DNA from: Paraglomus brasilianum
Lineage: Eukaryota
Direction of reading: 5' to 3'
NCBI GenBank assembly: GCA_910592345.1
Contig: CAJVPI010000133.1
Span: forward strand, 1 to 50,486
Length of the DNA stretch: 50,486 nucleotides
Numbering within the stretch: position 1 is the first letter of the stretch; each line of letters opens with the position of its first letter. The notes under the pieces were generated by a model. That model was given only the letters and a program-made list of their open reading frames with translations. It searched no databases and was not told where the DNA came from. Below are positions 43,159-50,486 of the stretch, one piece after another. The translations under genes were made by a program, and so were the position numbers.

Positions 43159-43285
43159 CAGTCATACTATCGAGAGTTCATTATAACAAAATCTTTTTAT
43201 ATATTATAACTGACTTGATTCTAGAAAAAACCTCATCTTAGGCTAACATTATTTTACCAGGGGATCATTATATCGAGAATGACTG
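43159..43285. mobile_element. Degenerate pogo/Tigger-like MITE
   Basis: TA|cagtcatact ... ttatatcgagaatgactg, with imperfect TIRs and internal ttataac motifs. Confidence 0.5.
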
Positions 43286-43920
43286 TGTATGTAACGAGAG
43301 GCGCTTAGTCCTGTTATTCTTTAAGTTTTTCTCCTTATTCGCTGCGTAATCATGGCGCTTTATCAAAAGAGATTTTTGAATTACTTCGCTATCCTAGTAC
43401 ATTAATATAATTCTCTTGGTTTGTGAAACTGTATTAACTGATACTTATGTTCATGACTACTTTTCTTAGATTATTGGAATAGAGCTTCTGATTTATGGGG
43501 TGATGTAGAAAACTGGGATATATTTATCTAAAGAACGCGCCTGACTGCACACCGCAGACTTCTCATTCAGCACGTTCGTGAGTTTGATATACCATTAAAA
43601 AGTCTTCCGGCAAATTCTATCCGTAAAAATCTTCAGGTCAGTTTTTGGGAACTAAATTTTCAGCACAACTGCAATAGAATTATACAACTCATAACCTTTC
43701 AAATAAGCCTAAATTTATCTAATTACGTCATGTAATTGTGGAAAACAATAAATTTTGGGTACCACCATTTTTTCGTATATACAGTATAGTCCAATCTGTA
43801 AGCTTTTATTTACAGTTGCTTCTTGTCAAATTTTATTTGTTTAAATTAATATAGATCTAAAAGGAAGCCACTATTTGTTTTGATTTTTGGGCAATTATGA
43901 TATTAGCCTTGAACTTCTTA

Positions 43921-44118
43921 CAGTCAGACATCTCTAAATGCACGTTGTCGGGACCATAGTGAAAAAAATCCAAAAGTGTGCATTTAGAGAGAGTGTGCAT
44001 TTACAGAGAGCAAAATATATAATGTTCTTATAAGCTGGGACTGAACCATACCGTGCATTTATGGAGAGTTTATATAGTGTGTGCATTTAGAGAGGTTGCA
44101 TTTAGAGAGGTCTGACTG
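43921..44118. mobile_element. MITE, pogo/Tigger-like (198 bp, TA target-site duplication)
   Basis: TA|cagtcagacatctctaaatgca ... tgcatttagagaggtctgactg|TA, with five (g/t)tgcattta repeats. Confidence 0.93.
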
Positions 44119-45028
44119 TACTCTGTAATATAAAATTTTTTTAAAAAATAATAAGAACAAAGTTGATAATTTAAAGAAATACTGGTCGCCATTATTTTCG
44201 CCGGGGTACTAACCCTCCTTTGGATTACAAAAGACAAGAGTATCTTTATCAAATCATTTGTGCATTTGTCAGAGATATACATCTTTATACGGCCATTTCT
44301 TGTAAAAATTGATATCCTTGTTCGTAAAACATCTCCAAAGGAGAGACGGGAAAATACTGTATGTGTGAGAAGAACATACTATGATTCGTCTTGGCCTTGG
44401 ATATAATATTGCAATATGTAGTAGTGAAAGCCGTTTCACCACAACAGACAAGTTTGCACGATAAAAGATACCTGCGCAAATTCTAAATAACATCAACAAA
44501 GAAGTAAAGGATAATTTCAACAGAACTCAGTTCTTCATGGTAAAGTTACTTATACTGCCAACATAGCTCACGTGTCTTACTTTAATATCAATGCTGCTTT
44601 GTCAAGGTATCAGCAAATAAATATGTGATGTTCTCAAATAATCTTTGGTATACGCATTTAACAGAGAATAATCGCCTTTAATTACCGCAGAACCGAAGCT
44701 AAACCGGTCGTAATTCTTGTGATTGATGCAGTTTAATGAATTTATTTATTTAAAGATATTATTTAAGGCGAGGAAAGCGTAGCTCCAATAACTACCGACA
44801 ATATTAAAATAATTGAGCCATTTGAGAAATTTTAATGACGCGATTCGTACAATAGAAGTTATATTTTAGCCTGACACGTGATATAATGTTTGCTCGCTGC
44901 CCACAGGTTATTATCGCAAAAAATATGGAAATCAATCACGATCAACATTCACATTACATTATTATTATCGGTGGCACACTTGTCATAAAATCTCCCAACA
45001 GTTGAACATTGTCATTTTTTACTTCAGT

Positions 45029-46985
45029 ATGTCAGAAAGTACAACAGACTATTACACATTTCCGTATAAAATACAAAAAGTATGTGTCATAGGTGCTGGC
45101 GTCGCTGGCTTGATAGTAGCTAAAGTCCTGATGGATATTGGGTTGAATGTAACTGTTTACGAGAGAGGAGGACAGCCTGGAGGAGTATGGTAAGATTACA
45201 TGTAAATGATTCTTATGATTTGTGACCTTCGTTTCTGCTATCAACTAAATTACTATAGAATCATGGTAACAGGATATACTCTGAGGATACTGGACCAGTG
45301 CCCTTATTTCCGAGTACAGATCCAATGATATCCGATCCTCCTGAAGAAGTACCAGACACCGAATCATCTTGTTCTTCCACCTCTCATCATATCCGTAATG
45401 TATCTCCCATCTATGCCGGCCTCCGCACCAATATACCAACGCCAATTATGACATATTTCAATACGTCATATCCACCAAATACGCCTCTATTCTCTAATCA
45501 CGAAGTCGTACTATCATACCTGAAATCGTTCGTTGAGGAACATAAACTAAATGATGTTATTTCTTATAACATGGATGTGACAAGAGTTATCGAGAGCGAG
45601 AATGGATGGGAGGTTATTACGAAGAAATTGAAGAGAACAGAAAATGGACCAACACAGAACGATAAGCAAAAAATAGATCTTGTTGAGAGTAATGCGAATA
45701 TGGAAAAAATTGGGGAGGATCGAGAGACAATCCCCGATGATAATCGAAAAGACATTAGCACGCACGGCAGCGATGACGCAGAATATGTGGGCGAATGGAG
45801 GGAGGAACACTTTGATGCAGTAGTGGTCTGTACTGGTCACTATAATGTGCCATATATTCCAGAAATCAACGGTCTAAAAGAGTGGGCGAATACATGGCCT
45901 GAACGTGTACTGCATTCTAAACAATACCGCCGACCCGATTTATTTGAAGACCAGGTAAATAGACTGTCTATAGCGTCAATTGCACTACCATGTCGTTGTT
46001 TTATTATCAACTGATAATACTCAACATTTTTTTGTTAAGCCAACATTGGTAATAGGGAGCGCGGCATCAGGATCAGATATCTCACGCGAACTCGCTTCGA
46101 CTTTTAAATCACCAGTATACCTCTCCATACGCAGCATAAGTCCATTAACAAACGTCGCCGAGTCGGTAATTGTCAAACCTATTGTAAAGAGATTTATTGT
46201 ATCTTATTCGGACAACTCCAACGATTATGACGATGACAGTAGTAACTACATTCACGAGAAAAGGAGCATTCCTTACGGCAAAGTCGAATTTATAGATGGC
46301 ACAGTTATAAATGTGCATAGAATTATTTTTGCAACGGGTTTTATGTATTCGTATCCTTTCTTACACGGTATTGAGGTTGGAAATGGAAAGAATGAAGACG
46401 TCAGTAAGGAGACAATATTGGTTACAAGTGGAGAAAGAGTCTATAACCTGTATAAACAGGTGTTTTATATACCCAATCCGACAGTAAGTTGAAATCTATG
46501 GAGAGTTTACATTTATTGATCTTATGGTATTCTGTTGTTTATATCATATGATGCCGCTGTATTTTTTCTCATTCTAACTAATTGCCCTCCTCCCTCTATG
46601 CATCTTCCCTTTCTTTACCATCTTATTTAAATCAATCTTTTAGCTAACATTCGTAGGCCTTCCAATAAAGGTATCCCCGGCCTCCCTGAGCCACGCGCAA
46701 GCTCTTTTGATCTCGCACGTCTTCGCGTCCCGTGTCCAACTCCCCTCTCTCACTTCCATGCGTAAAGCATATAATTCGACTTCCATCGATACAATGTTCA
46801 AAACTCCTAAAGCATATCATGAATTTGGAACTGTGAAAGCAGGCGAGTATATTAGGGAACTACTTGAATGGGTCAATAGTAGTAAGAATGAAGAAGCTGG
46901 TGAGAAGAAGGAAGTATTTGAGAGTTGGAGAGAAGATATGCATCTTGGTGCTAAGGAGCTCAGAGCTAGAGAGCTTGGATATTGA
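45029..46985 (+). CDS. Flavin-containing monooxygenase (Fmo1-like, class B)
   Basis: GAGVAG FAD motif, PGGVW, IYAGLRTNIP, VVVCTGHY, WPERVLHSKQYR (FMO motif), GSAASG NADPH motif, IFATGF, LYKQVFYIPNPTL. 4 exons. Confidence 0.93.
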
Positions 46986-47253
46986 AGAACAGAGATAAGC
47001 CAGGAATAAGGAAGATGGACAGTGAGATAAAATAATAACTTTAGCATTTCGTGAATAGAAATTATTTATTGGTTGAGTACATGTAATTGGTAGAAAATTT
47101 TGTATGAATAAATCACGTGGAGTGCATCACTGATCGTGATTGATAAAAAATTACCTAAATTCTGTGCTTTCGCAATCGTCCCGTTTACTTAATCCAAGTT
47201 ATCTTTATCAAGGCCAGTATATGTATTTCTTATTGTGCCAGTCGTGCGCAGCC

Positions 47254-47490
47254 CTACTGGCGTACAGCCATTACTTCTGTCGTTAGATGTTTGGGCCTGT
47301 CCTCCAGGAACATCCTCGGGCATTATTATGCTTAAGGCCTGTAATATCCTGCATGTCAGTGCCCAGCGTTGTGTTGTGTATACCTACTGGCATGTGGCCA
47401 TTGCTTCCAGTATCAGATGCTTGGAGACAGTCTCCAGGAACATCCTTGAGCACATATGCTTAAGGCCTGTAATATCCTGCATGCTGTTCT
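47254..47490. repeat. Tandem duplication, ~129-bp period
   Basis: cctactggc...ctccaggaacatcct...tatgcttaaggcctgtaatatcctgcatg starts at about 47254 and again at about 47383. Confidence 0.9.
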
Positions 47491-47569
47491 CCAGTATACC
47501 ATCGACTGTGCACATGCAAACTTCTTTTGTCGACATTTTGTGTAATAATCCATATTCATATTACTTTAG

Positions 47570-49847
47570 ATGTTCAAATCAATCGTACAGGAATACCTCG
47601 ACAATACAAAATATTCGCAGTGGTCGATTGTTTCGATCTTGAATTATGTTAGATCGAAGAAACAATTATATGTACATGATGTAGATGATCTCAAGGCTGA
47701 CATTTATGCAGTACTGCGACAATATAAAGACAAAAAAAAAACGTCCATGTGTATGCAGCCAACAGAGCAGGAAAGCTTATCTCTAAGTTTAGTGCCTTCT
47801 CAGTAGAAATTGAAAAATTCATCATTCAGCTGAAGAAAGAGCAAGAAGATCAGAGATGTCAGACCACAATAGAAAGGATCGTTACGTCTGCGTGCACTCT
47901 CACAGCCTTAAAGGTGAGCACCTAGAAATATGCAAATAGATTTTCTTAGACGTTTCATTCACATATTTCGTCAGCAACACAACAATGCCCAGGCGGACAT
48001 TAATGAAGCGGAAGGAATCGGCACTCTCAAGGTTAGCAATTCCCATATTGATATTAGCTGAAGAGGAACCACTAGACATTGGTGTACATGCACTAACGCA
48101 ATTTTGTTTTAGGAGAACTATCTGGTCTCCACACCCAATAGAAACTCCTTGACCATTAACGAGGTTGAGGAGGATCCTAGCAGGGCTGATGTAATCATCA
48201 GTTTGCCCGTTGACAATAATGAGTGTCTTGGTGCGAATGAAAACTGTCACGTAGAGAGAATGGAGCCTGAAGAGACTTCGGGCAACGAGAGACGATGGAT
48301 ATTATCTAGCGGGACAGATGTTGCGGAAGTATTGCAACAATACTCAAAAACCATACCAGAGACCCAGAAATGCATAAAGTAGGTCATTCATCCTTATATG
48401 TATACTACGAAGATTTATTTTATTAATTGCAATAGCAGTCCCGTCTACTGGGGGATTCTGGACCTCACCGGAGAGCATATCGAAACGAGGAATCTATTTA
48501 TGAGCTCGGATTGGAATGAAATGCAACAGAACTTTGACAAGGAAGTGAAGCTTGTCGAAACCACTGCGCCCAACATTGTTTATCTTCTTTTCGACAGAAT
48601 CAATGAGGTAGTCAAGAACTTCGTTGTGCTGCATATTAGAATGGAATTTATTGATTTACTTGTCATTTATAGATTTTCAAAGCAGGAAACGCGAAAGTTG
48701 CGGATATCGATCGTATTACGAAAGAATCGATTCAAGAGGGACTTGACGAATCGATACGTGATGAAGACGAATTTGTTTCGGTCAAGCGGGCGATCTTGAC
48801 ATAGTGAGTGCATTCTTCTTCCTTCCTAGCGTGATTCCACGTTGACGTCTAGCAACATGTTCATAGCGCCGAGAACCTCATGGATGTCGACTTGCCGATG
48901 TCCGAGGCTTCGTTCGATAATCTCTTTACCAATATGCTGGCAAGGCGATTCTTAGACAGAAATGAGTTAAAGATAGACGTGTGAGTGTAAATTCGCAAAT
49001 AACTATGAAATCAATTGTTGTGTTTGACTTGACTATGTATTAAACTTTCTCTACACATTCACTTTAGGGGTAAGATATGTTGTTGGGCTACTGGCCAACG
49101 CCGCAATGAAGGTCGATCGGTCGTTTTGCGCGCCCGCATCGGCCAAAAATGCGACTTTAGGGGATCCTTGAAGAACACTATCGATAAGATCGAAGCGATC
49201 GTCGGACTCCGGAGTGGTGGTCTCCCCGAACCACATCGGAAAAAAATCTTTGAAGACCATATCGATTTGGGGGTGACGATGCGTGATATCCTGTACAGAA
49301 CCTTTGCTGCAAATCCCCGTGCCCCAGACGAAAAACTGCATAAATGCTATGTTCTTGGCATGCAGTCCTGGGGTAAGTACACAATTGATAACAATGAAGT
49401 TGCAGCTAGAGTTTTTTTTTCTTTTTTCTTTCATCTGATGCTTATTTACCTTCACTTAGGATGGACACAGGATATTTATGGAATGGACTCCAAGGCAACT
49501 AACGTCTCTCGGTTTGGAAGGCTTCGACGAATAAAATTGCCAAACACAATGCATACAATATCTTGCTTGGAGGAGGTGTACACTACCATGTGTGACATCA
49601 AGGTGACATTATCTTTTTTTCACTATTACTCAGTAAAGTACAGTCTCTGATGTGCACTCAATTTCAGGCTACTCTAAGGGTTATCCGTGATAGTGTTAAT
49701 GATGTTGCACTAGCAAATGCTCAGGCCCGCAGAAAACAGAAGAGAAAAAGTGATAAAACAATGATTGGGGGCCAATTTGGAGATGTAACACAGACACCTC
49801 TCAAGAAACAATGCAATGATGTTGTCTCCCCAGTACTATTTGCATAG
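47570..49847 (+). CDS. Crinkler/transposon-associated restriction-endonuclease-fold-like protein; 9 exons, one frameshift in an A10 run
   Basis: All GT-AG introns join in frame except at the A10 (47732-47741). Motifs WILSSGTDV, ILDL, MSEASF, ICCWATGQRRN..RIGQKCDF..E, KIFEDHIDLGVTMRDIL, LGMQSW and a basic tail. The family call is by motif recall only. Confidence 0.6.
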
Positions 49848-50229
49848 ACAATAAAATGGTTATGTAGTATAAAGGGCATAATTTCTGACAAACAAGTGAT
49901 CACCTTTATCCTTGCCACTGTGAAGCCATTTTTTATTTTGGCTAAAGTTGTTTCAAGATGTGCTTTTTTACAGGAAAAGTCTTCTGGTCAATCTATTTCA
50001 ACTTGGATAAACCACAAAAATAACACATGAGCATCCAGCAAAAGTGCAATAGAAACACAGAAGCTGAGTGCATTTGCTGTGCAGTTAAATGGTAACCATA
50101 TCATAGGTCTAAAATTGCAATTAAAAAATAGTCTGCAGATTCAGGCACCACAGCTGTGCTACAAAAGCAAAGCCTTACCAAAATGTCATCAGCTATATTA
50201 ATATTAGTATTAGCGTCTCAACCACATCA

Positions 50230-50409
50230 GCCATTGTAATTGGTTTTGTTGCAGTTTGCCCCATATTATTATGATCCAAATTTAGAGATGTCAAACAAGA
50301 ATCCGATCCCAGAGCCTTTGCCAAATACAAAGCTGTTGCTGCTCTAGCATATCCAATCTCATTGTCAATTACATCCAAAGACATTAAAGAAAAGTGGGCC
50401 TCTAGAGCC
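50230..50409 (-). pseudogene. RNI-like LRR gene fragment related to 3715-4300
   Basis: SLDVIDNEIG..ATAL..LAKALGSDSCLTSLNLDHNNMG. The DNA blocks agagcctttgccaaa and aaagctgttgct are shared with the LRR array. Confidence 0.8.
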
Positions 50410-50486
50410 TGTTACGGTCGGGTGGTCTGGGGTTTGGGAGAGCAATTAATCTTTCGCGTAGGGGTGTTCTTCCGACCGGGGGATGT
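50410..50486. mobile_element. Probable LTR-retrotransposon terminus (runs off the window)
   Basis: LRR homology stops at tctagagcc and is followed immediately by TGTTACGG.. with an abrupt switch to G-rich, CpG-containing sequence. Confidence 0.5.

Overview
AT-rich, intron-rich eukaryotic DNA. The short (~80-120 nt) introns, the gene families and the transposon content point to an early-diverging fungus (Mucoromycota-like); this is an inference. Conserved genes: Irc3-type DEAH helicase (14239-16480 +), SR-type RRM protein (19193-20446 -), TM9SF nonaspanin (23430-26431 -), tubulin-folding cofactor D (27826-33960 +), methylmalonate-semialdehyde dehydrogenase (40201-42571 +) and a flavin monooxygenase (45029-46985 +). 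Accessory content: a ~1224-aa helical domain-RING-like-9xTPR-LRR gene that is almost CpG-free and lies inside one copy of an old tandem duplication; a Crinkler/REase-like gene with one homopolymer frameshift; kinase, Tc1 and LRR relics; pogo/Tigger-like MITEs; and a probable LTR end at the right edge. Most notable: (1) a U12-type AT-AC minor intron in TBCD; (2) the RING-TPR-LRR candidate receptor/E3 ligase with a dimerically amplified LRR array; (3) a three-copy dispersed non-coding element with compensatory base-pair changes. All coordinates, splice sites and alignments were derived by eye, and no database searches were run.
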